A stretch of 63,669 nucleotides of DNA, filler included, from Folioceros fuciformis (GCA_049999805.1; 14 parts of 14 records of this genome joined end to end with filler, not necessarily neighbours in it); one strand, 5' to 3'. Counted from the first letter of the whole stretch, positions 38,841-52,242 are shown. The notes: a model not told the origin generated them from the letters alone. Numbers and translations: made by a program.

Positions 38841-39593
38841 CCAAAGTTTCGCGGGTGTGTACAAAGGGAATTTACAAATCCCGAATCTGTGTGAGTACCT
38901 AATCACAAACAAAACATCTCGTTGAAATGAATAAAGGAAAACAACATGAACAAAACTTATTTATCCCACAAATAAAAATAAAAATAAAGACATCGGGAAA
39001 AAGGACTGTTCCTTAGGCCACTATGTATAAAGCTACCAGCAGCACGTAATATATCATGATTTGGAAGTTACAAGGGTTATACAAAGTGATTTGGAAGTTA
39101 CAAGTGCTCTACAAATATAGTGTTGCATTGTATTGGACATCACTATCCAAAGGCTGCCATAATATGGGAGAAAAGGAGACCAGTTCCAATCTTTTGGTGG
39201 TAGTATGTATTGACACAAGTCTTGAGGAACCTAGAGAATGGCTTACATATGGCCCTATAGATCTGAGTAGCAAAGGGAATGAAGGCAGGCCCAACTTGCA
39301 TAGGGTGTACTTGTGGATCTTGGCTGATGCACACCCCTTCACCTTCATTATGAATTTTATTCCATTGCTATGATGGAATCTTTAATGTTACGCACTCTTG
39401 AAGCCCCTTCTAACTAGTGCTCAACGTAATTTATTTTTTTATCTTATACATACCTTATCCAAAGGAGTGATTCAATGGGATTATGCACACCCCNNNNNNN
39501 NNNNNNNNNNNNNNNNNNNNNNNNNNNNNNNNNNNNNTTAATTAATTAANNNNNNNNNNNNNNNNNNNNNNNNNNNNNNNNNNNNNNNNNNNN

Positions 39594-39929
39594 CACAACC
39601 TTAGGCCCTCCTTGCGTGACCGCCTGCTCTCGGGCCCTCGGTCCCAGGCACCGCTATCCCCGTCTCCCGCTTCCACCAGCATCGACCAGAGAGAGCCCCG
39701 CTCGCCTTCCATGACGTCCTAGGGTTTTCTATTCCTTCGTCACCTTACCCCAGGAACCAGAGCCCACGTCCTATCTACCACACAACCTACCTACCCTGTC
39801 GACTCACCATCAATCTAGCTACTATTCTAACCTAATCTCCCCACCTTTCCTCTACGACACTCCCTCACAAATAAAAAAAAAAGAAAACCTATCCTTTCCC
39901 AGGGGTCTGTTCAGCATGTGGATTCCACA
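39594..39929 (+). mobile_element. LTR end, family H, apparently inserted into a copia 5' LTR
   Basis: Ends tttcccaggggtctgtt...tggattccaca, homologous to 24860-24895. Confidence 0.65.
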
Positions 39930-42900
39930 GGGGGTCGTGACTCTAAATACATGACCGACACAAGTCACGGGGCGCCACCAAGCGGCGTCCCCGCAACTTT
40001 AAAGCGGCCCCACGGCCCTCATCAAGAATCCATCCTTTCTTCTCTAAATCCTCCTCTCGATCCTATCTCAAGCTTTTTATGGTATCAGAGCAAGATGAAT
40101 GCCGCCTCGCCTCCTAGCGTCTGCCCAACCTGCTAGAGCGTTGACTGCATCAGGAACCTGCCACATGAGCATTTTCATGCTGCGATCTCAGCATTGCGAG
40201 TTGCACTGACTAGATTTGGAGCGATGGCGGACTCGTTCCTCGCCAGCACGGTAGAACATTACTACAGATGATCCCGCGCTATGCCGAGACGTGGAGGTAG
40301 GAGAAATTGTCTGCCCATAGACCCATTCTGTAGCAGACCTGGTGACTCGGTGGAGCTCCAACACCGTCGGTTGAACAAATTCTTTGCAAATCACCGTAAA
40401 CAACCTGTTTGCAATCACAGTCAGCACGATAGCAAGTCCAGAAGCATTCCCAACAGCGGAAGATCTAGGCAAATCAGCAATTCAGATTCACTAGCAAGTT
40501 TTCGCTCACAAGTAAGGAAAGACATACTTCATGCTCGCTCGATCTCTGCACAAAGAGCTTGCCAGCTTTCACGTTCCACCTTGTGCGATTCCTGTAAACA
40601 CAACCTGAACCCGCCTTCTGCATCTTCTGAGCAACAACACCTTTCTGATTTATTCTCACTGGTACAGTCTCAAGGGGAGAAAAACAGGCACCTGGTTGTT
40701 GACCTCATCGACAAGGTTGTCTCTACCAATAGATTGGTCACTGATCTTGCACAAGAGATTAGTTCCCTTAAGATAAATCAGTCAAAAACCCGTGCACGCA
40801 CATTCAACCAGCACAATAACATAGCAACAAAAACTTGTTACTGACGACTTTAGAAAAATGGCAGAAGCTGTAAGAGAAGCATTTCGCATAGACTCTGAAT
40901 GTCTTGAAGCCCTTGAAGTCGAGGCTTCTCTCCCACTCTGAGGAGGTTGCACATGTCACACAGAGGACATGGTCGAGGCATTAGTAATCCAATCAATTCA
41001 AGAAGAGGTAGAGGTTGTGGCAGGGGGAGAGGGAACACACCACCTAACACAAACCCCAGCACTAGAGCTTCACCCCCTGTAGATCCCCTCTCCATTTTTG
41101 GAACTGGTGCACAACCATCCTCTTCACAAAATAGTACCACAACAGTAGACACAACCCTTGCTGCTGTCCAGAGAGCACGTCGTGCATAGGCCACAGCTGC
41201 AGCACGTGATGCTAGGGCTGCACTAGTTGCTTGCACACTAGCAGCACAAGTCCTTCACTCCATGGCACACCAACAGCCTCCTGCACCTGTCACACATATG
41301 AAAATAGATTTTAAGGAGAAAGATAGGTTTGCTGGTACACAATTTGGCATATGGGCTTTAAGGGTCCAAACCATTCTAAAGGAAAACGGGCTCTGGGGAG
41401 TTGTTTCAGGAACAATACCTAAGCCTCTAGCTGGTTCAGCACCTGCAGATATTGAAGCATGGGAGAAGCTCGATCTTCGAGCACTTGTGGTAATCCAATC
41501 AGCCGTACACGGGTCCATGATGCAGCATACTTAGGATGCTGATTCAACGAAGGTAGTCTGGGACTCTCTCTCTCAAACATACCAAGTCACAAATGGATCT
41601 TCGCTCGTAGGAGCAACAAGAGCATTTCATAACTGTAAAATGCGAGAGAGTGACACAGTTGAACAACACGTGCTGAAGTTTAGACAGTTAAGATCAAGGC
41701 TTACCTCCAGTGGCACGAGGACTCTGAAATGCAAGCTACGGTGGCCCTTCTTCTCTCCTTGCCTGGGAGCTACAGAACATTTGTAAGCAATTACAGCTCA
41801 ACGTTGCGGCAAGCAACTCTGGCTACACCTACAGGTGGCACCCCTGCAGTATCTTTATCATATGTCATCGGTGCTCTTCTCGAGGAAGAGTCAACTAGGA
41901 ATGCAAATCATGGTGGTACCTCCTCAGGGGAGAGTCATCTAATAGGACGCTCTATGCACACAAGGGGCCCAAGAGACAACCGCCAAGGCAGACCTAGCCA
42001 CCGAGTAACAGTAGCAATGCTCACAAGAAAAAACCTGCAGCTCCAGCAAAGAAAAAAGGACCCTGCAACTGTTGTCTTATCCCAAGCCATTGGGAAGCCG
42101 AATGTCGCAAAAAGAAAGTTGGGGAACCACGGCGGGAACCAATGCCTCACCTGAATCCAACATCGTCCAACGTAAGCCAAATACAATCTTGGCAGTCTGC
42201 ATGATGTCTACTTCCTTCAACAAACACGTCTGGTTCATTGATTCAGGGGCATCTTCCCATATCTGCCACTCACAAAAATCCTTCACCGAGTATAAGCACA
42301 TACCTCCAGGTCAATTTGTACTCCTCGGTGATGATAGTGGTCTCCAGATTGAAGGCATAGGCTCCGTTCCTGCAACCCTAGCTGACAGGACCTCCCTCAT
42401 TCTGTTTGACGTCCTGCACGTCCCATCGATGGTTAAAAATCTTGTTTCAGTTCGTAAGCTGACCTCACAAAACTTCTTGCACGTTTCTTTCAAGGGGCTG
42501 CATTGTTCCATCATTGATCCACAACAAAAGAAATAAAGTGTTAGCAACAGGCACCCCATTCCATGATTTATATCAGTTTAACATCACTTCGAAAAGAGGT
42601 CAAACACCAGCACGTGCACAAGTCCATGTCAGCCAGGAAACTAAACAAAAAGATGCTGCCATGCCCTGGCACTGCCGCCTTGGCCATGTTAACTTTGAGA
42701 AGCTTAAATGTATGGTTGCCGGCAACAATCTCTATCGAGAAAAATTCCAGCTTCAATCTGCTGATAAGCAATTCTGTGAAGCGTGTGTGTTTGGGAAACA
42801 CCACCGGCTGCCATATCGTGATGAGAATCCCACTCGGGCTACAAAATTATTGGAGCTGGTGCATACTAACCTCTGTGGCCCTATGTGCACAATGTCAATG

Positions 42901-43336
42901 GGTGGAGCTTTGTACTTTCTCTCTTTTATTGACGATTGAAGCAGGTATGTCATCGTCTACTTGATCAAACACCAAGGCTAGTCACTTAGCTGCTTCCAAG
43001 AGTTTGTGACCTTTGCTCAAAGGCAAACCGGGGAGTTGCTGAAAACCCTGCACAGTGACAACGGCGGTGAGTACAGATCACATGCATTTGCAGATTATTT
43101 TAAGGAGCTGGGGATTAATCGGCAGTTTATTGTACCTCATACTTCCTCACAAAATCCGGTGGCTAAGCTCAATAACAAACACCTCCAGGAGCAGGCTAAA
43201 GCAATGCTGAAATTATCTGGTCTTTCTTGGGGCTACTGGGGAGAAGCAGTAGCAACCGCAGCATACATCAGAAACCGCCTGCCCACAAAAGCTTTCTTTG
43301 GTGCAACACCATTTGAGAGGTGGACTACCCACAAGC
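39930..43336 (+). mobile_element. Degenerate Ty1/copia: partial 5' LTR, PBS, extra upstream ORF, gag, protease, integrase
   Basis: PBS 40080-40091. gag ATG 40953 (KEKDRFAG). Protease WFIDSGASSHI. Integrase WHCRLGH, NLCGP, SDNGGEY. Many stops and frameshifts. Confidence 0.92.
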
Positions 43337-43432
43337 TGTTGGATAATATGTGCTAATTAATAATTGCGGCTAGTTATTATAGTTTAAAATAATTTAACTT
43401 ACCCGTTCGCTAGGGTTACACCGCTTAGCAAA
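43337..43432 (+). mobile_element. Start of an AT-rich LTR inserted into the integrase
   Basis: Integrase homology ends at TGTTGG (43337), followed by AT-rich sequence to the gap. Confidence 0.55.
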
Positions 43433-43532
43433 NNNNNNNNNNNNNNNNNNNNNNNNNNNNNNNNNNNNNNNNNNNNTTAATTAATTAANNNNNNNNNNNN
43501 NNNNNNNNNNNNNNNNNNNNNNNNNNNNNNNN

Positions 43533-44997
43533 AGAAGGGCAAAGGGAATCTAGTGTGCAGGTTAAAGAAAAGCCTTTATAATTTGAAGCAGGCACACAGG
43601 GAGTGGTATTTCAAGTTCCACTCATTTATGCTTTCTCAAGGCTACAAGCATAGCGATGAGGATCATTGCCTCTATACGAAGCAAGCTAAGGATGGAAGCT
43701 TGCTAATCTGGTCCTCTATGTGGATGATATGCTAATTGTTGGGACTAATAGTGATGAGATTTCAACATTGAAGTCAAAGTTGAATGGTCGCTTTGACATG
43801 ACAGACTTGGGAGAGGCAAGCCATATTCTTGGCATGCGTATTCGTCAAGACAAACAGAAGCGTTTGCTGTACTTGTCTCAAACTGAATACATTAACAAGG
43901 TGCTTCAACGTTTCAATATGGAGAAGGGGAAGGTATTAAGTACTCCGTTGCCTCTATATGTGAAACTGTCGAGCAAGGATTGCCCAAGCTCTGCGGAGGA
44001 CAAAGCTGAAATGGAGAAGGTTCCATACTCATTAGCTGTAGGGAGTTTGATGTATGCAATGATTGCTACACATCCTAACATTGCCTTTGCAGTGGGAGTG
44101 GTTAGCAGGTTTATGTCAAACCCTAGCAGGAAGCATTGGGAGGCAGTGAAAGGAGTTATGAGGTACTTGAATGGTACGAAAGCTTTGTGCTTATGTTTTG
44201 GTAGTAAAGATGCATCTGTCGTGGGATATACAGATGTTGATTATGCAGGGGATATGGACAAAAGGAAGTCCACATCAGGTTACGTCTTCATGTGCACAGG
44301 AGGGGCAGTCTCTTGGCGATCCCGTTTGCAATCATGCATAACGCTATCTACCACAAAGGCCGAGTATGTTGCAGCAACTGAGGCATGCAAGGAAGCCATA
44401 TGGCTTGCTCGTCTAGTGGGCAATTTAGGGATCAAGGTTGAGCTGCCAGAGTTGCATTGTGATAGCCAGAGTGCTATTCAATTGGCAAAGAATCCAGTGT
44501 TTCATGCGAAGACCAAACATGTAGAAGTGAAGTATCACTTCATTCGAGAGGTGTTGGAAGACAAGAGGGTACAACTTGTCAAAGTTCACACCAGTCAGAA
44601 CCCTGCACATGTTCTTACCAAGGGGCTCTCTTCGGAGCAATTCGCACAAGCTCGGACGCTCATGGGCATGAGGTAGACCACTCCCCTATGAAGGTAAATT
44701 GGCCTTTAAGGGGGCGGTTGTAGGGTTATTAAAGCCCAATGTGCTTAGACTAATGTGATTAGTCTAAGATTAGTGTCTAATTAAGCATCATTAGTTTAGA
44801 TTAGCTTAAGTAATCTTTAGGAGGCTTCTTGCATAGCTTCCTGTGAGCTTCTTGTGAAGCTTCCTAGGGAGCTTTTCTAGAGGGTATAAATACCTTCTTG
44901 AGCTCCCTTTGCAACAGAGCTGTGAGACACACTGTGAGACCTCTCTTTCTCCTCTCCTCCTCTCTTCTTCTCTCCTCTCCTTCACCATGCTCCTCTA
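43533..44997 (+). mobile_element. Ty1/copia family A 3' part: RT/RNase H, PPT, nearly complete 3' LTR
   Basis: YVDDML, GYTDVDYAG, KSTSGY, CDSQSAI, HAKTKH. PPT ~44708-44718. LTR 44719-44997 homologous to 3135-3461 but lacking the last ~12 bp. Confidence 0.95.
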
Positions 44998-45158
44998 TCG
45001 ACCCTTTCAATGGTGGGAATGTGAGTTTCGCAAAACCCCTAGAAAGCCAAGAGGGAGCAAGAGTTTCACAAAACTCTTGAGAACCGTCCGGCTATGACTT
45101 TTCGCTTCCTCACTCCGCTATCTAACCAGGCTGTGCTTAATCTCTGTAAGTAGTCTGT

Positions 45159-45300
45159 GTGGCTCAAGGAGGAGTCTTTGAGGCTCAAAGAGGAGTCTAT
45201 GTGGCTCAAGGAGGAGTCTTTGAGCCTCAAAGAGGAGTCCATGTGGCACAAGGAAGAGTCTCTGTGGCTCAAGGAGGAGTTTGTGTGGCTTAAGGAGGAG
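45159..45300. repeat. 21-bp minisatellite (ggctcaaggaggagtctnTGn), about 7 copies
   Basis: Direct 21-bp periodicity. Confidence 0.9.
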
Positions 45301-45469
45301 GATTGAGTGGAGATTTGGTGTGTGAGAAGTGTGGGTGGTTGGAATTGAGAAGTGCTGAGGAAGATTGCTAATAGATTGAGTGGGGAAATGAGTGAGGATC
45401 AAGTGTGAATCAGTGATGTAGTGCAGCGTCGAGGTGTGGTTGGCCCTAATCTGCACCTACCAGTGTGAT

Positions 45470-47645
45470 CAGTGTACTCTTATTGCCTTTCTGTTTACCC
45501 CGTCCAATGTGTTTGCCTTTTGCAGCGAAGAGCACTTTCTCTCCACGAAAACGAGAGGAAGCTCCTAACTTTTGTCTGCTCTGCTCCTCTTGCAGGAGAG
45601 CGCCAATAACGTTGTTGAATGTAACTGTGGGTGGCTTCTTCGCAACAACTACAATATAAGAGTCTTGAAGGGCCGCATTCTGACTGGAAATGAAATGCTG
45701 GAAGCTAGTAGGTAGGTTGGATACAAGTTGAGCAACAGCATCCACCTCTGACATAGTGCTTCCCAGATTTGACAGTTGTGACCTCAGATTTCGAAACTTG
45801 ACAACATGAGGCCCAACAGCTTCTCCATCACGAAGTTTAAGGCCAAAGAACTCATTGCGAGTTGCCACAAGCATGAGGATATTCTGAACTTGGTAGGTGT
45901 CCTTCAATTGGTTCCAGACTTCAGCAGCAATCGGTAAGGATTCCACCTCTGTCACCATTGTTTCGTCCAGTCTAGAAAGAAGGATAGCAAAAGTTACTTT
46001 ATTGCCTTTCACCCACATATCAACATCTGTTTCTGTAACACTTGCTTGAGTAATATCAAGTTTGGTGTTAGTTCCATCCACATACTCCCACAAGTCTCTA
46101 GCATCTAGGAAGGCTTTCATCCTAGCACGCTAGCTCTCTAATCTACTAGCTTTCCCTTCAAACCTATCCTTTTCCTTCAAGTCACCAGAGTACGTGACTC
46201 CTCCAGAAGTGGAAACTTATGCAGCAGCAGAAGACATGTTGACAGGTATTTTTATGTAGTCTGAGTTGTCTAATGATTCAGCTGTTCATGTAGTCCCTAA
46301 TAAAAAACCCGTAATATCTTCTTGTGTAGATTCAATGCTACTAGCAGACGGGAGACTAGTTGCTGAACATGTGGGGAAAGTGGGGAATCCTGACTAGCTT
46401 AGGAGGCGACTTAAAGTCACTGGCCTCTCTAGAAGTCCTCTAGTGAAGAATAATGTCCACACAATCAGGTTAGTGATCATTAAAACCCTAAAAAACGAAA
46501 CGCCAACAGGGTACTCATGACGGTTGGGATTCAACTGACCCAAAACAAGACATGAGAGGGTGGAACTCGCACTAAATCGATGGGATGCTAGAGCAGACGC
46601 GCTAGGGTGGCTAGTAGGATAGGGCATGGAATTAGAACCCATGAGATCCTCGCCACACGTCACGCTGTCGCCACTAGAAAAAGGTATGTGTTTCACACGC
46701 ACCTATCCAGATCTGAATGAATTTCTCAGGAAGAAGTGTTGCGATCCGAGACGCAACCAGAAATCCGTAGGTAGGAATCTCCAACAACCAATTCCCCTAA
46801 ATTATCACTTCGATTGCTTGCATATGAGCCAGTCAGAGATAGAGCAGCCACTAAATTTTGAAGTTAAAGAAGTTGATTGGCCAAAAGTCGGAAGTTGGCC
46901 TTCTACACTGACTTCGCAGTCAGAAAGTGTTCTTCCACTTTCGCAAACTTCTCGTAAATGTCAGCCTCAAAAGACGTGAATCTGCCTTCTAGAGATTTGT
47001 AGCTTAGGGAGAGATTAGCAAAATTTAGAATAGGTTCAGGTTCTTGTTGACACTTGCTTTTAGTAATTCCCCTCTCTCTCACATAGCGTGGTTGTTGTCC
47101 AAACCTCTCTGTATAGGTGTGATCGTAGTCGCAGAACAAGCTAGAGTCTTGAACCCACCTGATTGGCAGTGGGGATCTCCTCTGAACTGGTGGAGGTCTC
47201 CTTTGTCTACCCCTGCTAGAGCGATTCGATGGCGGAGAGGGGAATCCTTCAGGATACTTGAATCCTCCGCCTCCTTGAGCCATTACTGACACCGACAAGA
47301 ATCATTTTTAAAGTAGTGAACGCATTTTCAATATGCTGTAAAACACTACAACTACTAACCTTAGAATACAGATCTAAACTACTTGCTCCAACACACAATT
47401 ATACACCGTGCCTGGATTGACAGATGTACATTGTGTGCTTGAGTGTATAGTGTGGATCCGATCTAAGAGTCATTAAACATGCTCTGATATCATGTAAAGC
47501 GAAAGCCTTGTATATCGCACAAAACAAAACAATAAACTCGAATAATAAAAGAGAGTACTTAAACATAATTTATAAGTCTCTTAAACTAGGGTTAACTAAC
47601 CCTTGGTAAACTAAATCAGGTTGGGTTTAACATAAACCCTCAACA
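45470..47645 (-). mobile_element. Truncated Ty1/copia: short 5' LTR, PBS, extra upstream ORF, gag
   Basis: LTR 47645-47493 (153 bp, TGTTGAG...TTACA). PBS variant TGATATCAGAGC 47492-47481. gag ATG 46237 (KEKDRFEG...MKAFLDARDLWEYV...GALLQEE). Confidence 0.9.
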
Positions 47646-48097
47646 TCATGGACACGCTTACTAATCGTATAATTTTACCTACGAGGTTGCCTCTTGCATA
47701 AATTGGGAAAACGTGACGCTTGCTTTCCTAGAACACTTTCAAGGACTGGGTTCCTCCCACAACACGTTTTCGAAGCTTCACGCATTGAAACCTTGAAACC
47801 TTGCAATCCTGCAAGTATGTTGATTGTGTCCCAAAGTGCCCTTCGACCACGCTGGGGAGCTTGTTCACTCTTGGCTACTCTCAAGAGCAAGTGGTAGACT
47901 AGTTTACTAGTCAACTACCTTAGTGAATGAATGTTCATTGTTGTCCCTAAATTAAGATGTTGGAACATGGCTATTTGGCATGGGGAGGAGTAAGAGGTGG
48001 CGGAGATGTGGAAGAAGAAGAAGAAAATGAAACGGAGAAAGAAGAAGATGTTCAAGGAAGCATAATCATCTTCTTTTGACTTCTTAGACTTAGAGAG

Positions 48098-48371
48098 TTT
48101 GAACACTTCGACATCCAACGTTTGAACAACACTTCGACATCCAACGTTTGAACACTTCGACATCCAACGAGAAAGAATTGACCTTTGGTGACTCCATATT
48201 TGACCTTTGGTGACTCCATATTTAAAGGCGAGATGAACAGCTCAAATGATTGGAAGAAGAAGAAAGTGGCAAGGATAAAGAAGGCAGGGAGGCCTTTAAA
48301 GACTCCTCCGTGGCCAAAGAGGTGCTGAGGCATTTAAAGACTCCTCCGTGGCCAAAGAGGTGCTGAGGCAT
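48098..48371. repeat. Cluster of three short tandem duplications
   Basis: acacttcgacatccaacg three times, ttgacctttggtgactccatat twice, tttaaagactcctccgtggccaaagaggtgctgaggca twice. Confidence 0.9.
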
Positions 48372-49875
48372 AAGAAGAGGGTTTGAATTGTAGACGTGGC
48401 ATGATAGATCAAATCAACCTCTTTTTATGAAAATTATCTTATCTAGAGGTGAAGGCAATGTGAAATCAATGGTAACTATGGACTCCTTCTCCAAGAGAAC
48501 TCCTTCTTCTGGACGTCAGTAGATGTTTGGCTCCATTTGCCACTAGTAAGACCACACCCACTAAGAGTGCACATGAGCACCTCCTCACACAATGAATTTT
48601 CATTAAAAAGACTAATTAAATCATAACACCTACAATAACTAATTGTGCTTTAAGCTATAGAAAACCCAAAAAATGGCTTGAATGTTTGTACAAATACCAC
48701 TTACTTGTTTACCACCCTCCTTGTTTGCCTTTGCAAGTAATGGGGTTTGCAGCTTGTAGTCTAAACTTATGAAAGGAGGTGATGCCATATTTAGTTCAAA
48801 CTTGTGTGCTAAAAGATGTATGCGCCCATATTTTGAGATATTTATCATATATAAATTCTACGGGGGGACGGTTCAAAGAAGAAGAAGAAGAATGATAAAA
48901 GATGGATTACAATGGAGCCGTGAAAGTAATTTTGAAAGTCATAGCTACATTATAAATTTTTCTTTGATTATGAAATCCATAATCAAAACAAGCACAATGA
49001 ATAGTGGCATGGTCTTTTATGCCAAAAGAAAAGAGAGGGATAAATAATGGCATGTGTATGTTATATGGTGGGCATGTAGAGTTTGGTGCATCATATTTAG
49101 TGTCCACAATAATTTTACACTACCTAATTTTGTAGGAGCTAAGATTGCTTGCAATACTATTAGTGATGCATAGAAAGGCTTTCCGCGCACTCATGATCAC
49201 TCTATGATATTTTTTACCTTGAGTAAGAGTTATATTTTATATACACATATAAAATATTAGGTTTTTGTTGCCAAGATTAAACTGAAGTCATACCTTATAA
49301 CAAAGATTTATTTTCTATTATTAAAAAAGAGAGAAACTCCCATTTGCTCCAAAGATGGAGGAACAACTCGAACAAGGCCAAAGACCAAAAGGTACTAGGC
49401 TAGCCCCCTTCATTCTCAAAAAGCTACCTGTTCCCAAAAGGTCATGATGTAGAATGCTTTATTGACTTGTAGTTTTAAAATAAATAATAATGGTAGAGAT
49501 GCTAAGGTGCTACATGCAAGTTCTCCCAGGATAGAGGGCGGGCTACTTGGAAGCATAGTAGTGGTTTCCCCACCGCGCTAGAGGGGTTTTACTTCAAGTA
49601 CATACCTATCTCAAAATTATATATATATATATCATAATAATAGGTATAAAATATGCATTATATGCATACTTAAAACCGTTCCGTTCAAATCCGTTACGGG
49701 TTGCCGTGTATCGATTCGTTTGAGTAAATACATTTTCACATCTGTACATAGTTGTGTATGTACTTGCAATGTAGCNNNNNNNNNNNNNNNNNNNNNNNNN
49801 NNNNNNNNNNNNNNNNNNNTTAATTAATTAANNNNNNNNNNNNNNNNNNNNNNNNNNNNNNNNNNNNNNNNNNNN

Positions 49876-50127
49876 AATCACCCAACCCTATGGCCTGGTA
49901 CCGAACCTAAACCTTCCCAGGTCTGGGACCAAACCTATACAAACTCTTATAACCAAACCAACTATTTCCTAGTCAATTAACCTAATTAGCACAAAGAAAA
50001 ATAGGAAAAATGACCAGAAAATCAAGGAAAATTAGGGAAAATAAGCTGAAAAAGAAAACCAAACCATACTACTATTAACCCTTTTTCAACCAAAACAAAC
50101 TACTACCCCAAACTTTGGAGGTTCACA
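49876..50127 (+). mobile_element. LTR end, family C/D
   Basis: Near-identical to 52584-52818; ends GGAGGTTCACA. Confidence 0.9.
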
Positions 50128-50164
50128 TCCGGCCACCACTCCTTCTCTTGCCCCACAGAAGAAA

Positions 50165-52242
50165 TGTTGAGTTAGATATAGGTACGTTAGGTTTGGTCAT
50201 ATATCTATATCTAGTTAAAAGTTAACCTATTGGTTAGGTTAAGCAGACTGCAGTTAGATCAACCAAGGTGACCTTTAGCCAAACGTCACCTAGAATACTA
50301 TTAAGACATTTTTTCTTGACACTTTAAACGATCTCTGAATGTTTTGAACAAAGTGTGCTCACTCCCGCTCGGAAATCTTCATGGTATCAGAGCATGGTGC
50401 TTTGCTTCATACATATAGATTCTAGAGAAACGAAGGCACCAGTTAAGATTCTTATTGCTTGCCTATCCAGCTCCTTAAATGACGATGGTAGCTAGTACTT
50501 TGATTCCGAAGCCACGACTCATATCTGTAAGGACAGAAAACTATTTACTACCCTTAGCCTTAGTCATATTCATGACAAAGTGTTACTTGGAGACGAGCAA
50601 AGTACAAGCACTTTGCGCATTGAAGGTAGAGGTACTTGTGACTTCAGGTTACAGGATGGCACAGACCTTAGGTTGAGTGATGTCCTATACGTCCCAAGCA
50701 TGGCTAAAAATCTCATGTCCATGACTCAGCTCATGCGTATGCGTACCTTCTGTATGCGTGCCGATTTCAATCATTGCTCTTTTTACAGAAAGTCATACCC
50801 AGAGACTTGTGTTTTCATTGGTATCTTAGACCACGATCTATATAGGTTGAACATATGTTGTGGCCCTGCTGCTGTTTCCCAGCCCATTTCACACTCCACA
50901 ATAGTGAATACAGTTAGTGCAACACAGGAAGCAGGATTATGGCACGCTAGGCTAGGTGATGTTAATAGGGCTAAACTGAGTGACATGTCTGTCACGAAAT
51001 GTCACAAGAAGCCATTACCTGAATGTTTCAAGCATTTACCTGTTCTTAAGTCGTGCATATTGGCCAAGCAAAAGGAGTCACCTTTCTCGAATGTCCTTGC
51101 ACACAGAGCTACAGAAGTGCTAGAATTAGTGCACGCTGATATATCTGGAAAAATTCACGAGCCTTCTCTTGGAGGCTCTCGATATTTTTTCTCTCTCACA
51201 GATGATTACAGTCGCTACACTTGGACTTTCCCTATGCATGCTAAGAGTGAAACTTTCAACCATTTTCAAGACTAGCTCACTACTGCTCAGAGGCAGACTA
51301 GCAAGCTGCTAAAGATCCTCATGACAGACAATGGGACAAAGTTTGTTAACTCATCCTTTATTGACCTTCTCCAGGAAGCTAGAATTTTACGTCAATTCAT
51401 GGTTCCCTACACACCCCAGCGAAACGGCGTCTCAGAACGCAAGAATCAAACACTATTTGGTATGACCAGAAGTATGCTACTCTAGTCAGGTTTACCTCAA
51501 GGATTCTGGGCCAAAGCAGTGGTCGCAGCCACTTATATTCTCAACAGAGTGCTTACCAGTTCAGTTCCTTAGAAGACTCCTTTCGAGGTTTACCAGTGTA
51601 AGAAGCCTAGTTTGCTCCATCTCAAGGTTTTTGGATCCAAGGCTTTTGCCCACATCCCTGTTGAGAAGCAAAACAAGCTTGACCAGCGTGCACAAGTCCT
51701 CATTTTTATGGGTTACAGTGAGCAGGCCAAGGCATATAAGCTGTACAATCCAGATACAGCCTCTATAGTGCTTGTTAGAAGTGTCACATTTATTGAACCA
51801 CAAGCTCCCCTTTTAGCTGGTGACTCTATTCTTCCAGATCCTGTAATAGAGACTAGTTAGAGATTGTTGTAGATTATCCCTTAGATGACACTAAGCCTGA
51901 TGCTCCTAACCCTTCAGTTGCACTTGTCCAGAGTGATGCCCTACAGCTTGCCCCTCAACATCCGGATGTTGCTGAAGGACAAGTACTGGATCTACCGGCT
52001 CTTGCAGCAGAGGGGACAGGTGAGCTTCAAAACGCTGTACCTGAAAATGAACAGCTATTACCTGATGTTGCTGACAGTGCTGCTTCAGACCCGGAAGATG
52101 ATCCAGAAGCTATAGCCCCATGACGTTCCACCCGTTATCGTCACCCACCTGAGGATTGGAATGAACCAAGATATCAGTCTACTGATTTTTGTACTCACCT
52201 TGCAGTTAATCATCTTGCAATCGATGAGCCATCTACCTTAAC
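50165..52242 (+). mobile_element. Gag-less degenerate Ty1/copia: 217-bp LTR, PBS, protease, integrase
   Basis: LTR 50165-50381 (TG...CA). PBS 50382-50393. Protease *YFDSEATTHI within ~100 bp of the PBS. Integrase DISG, DDYSRY, NGVSER. Confidence 0.9.

Noticed and set aside
40080-40091. tRNA-Met gene
   Set aside because: Only the 12-nt retroelement primer-binding site; no cloverleaf. Same at 3121, 47481 and 50382.
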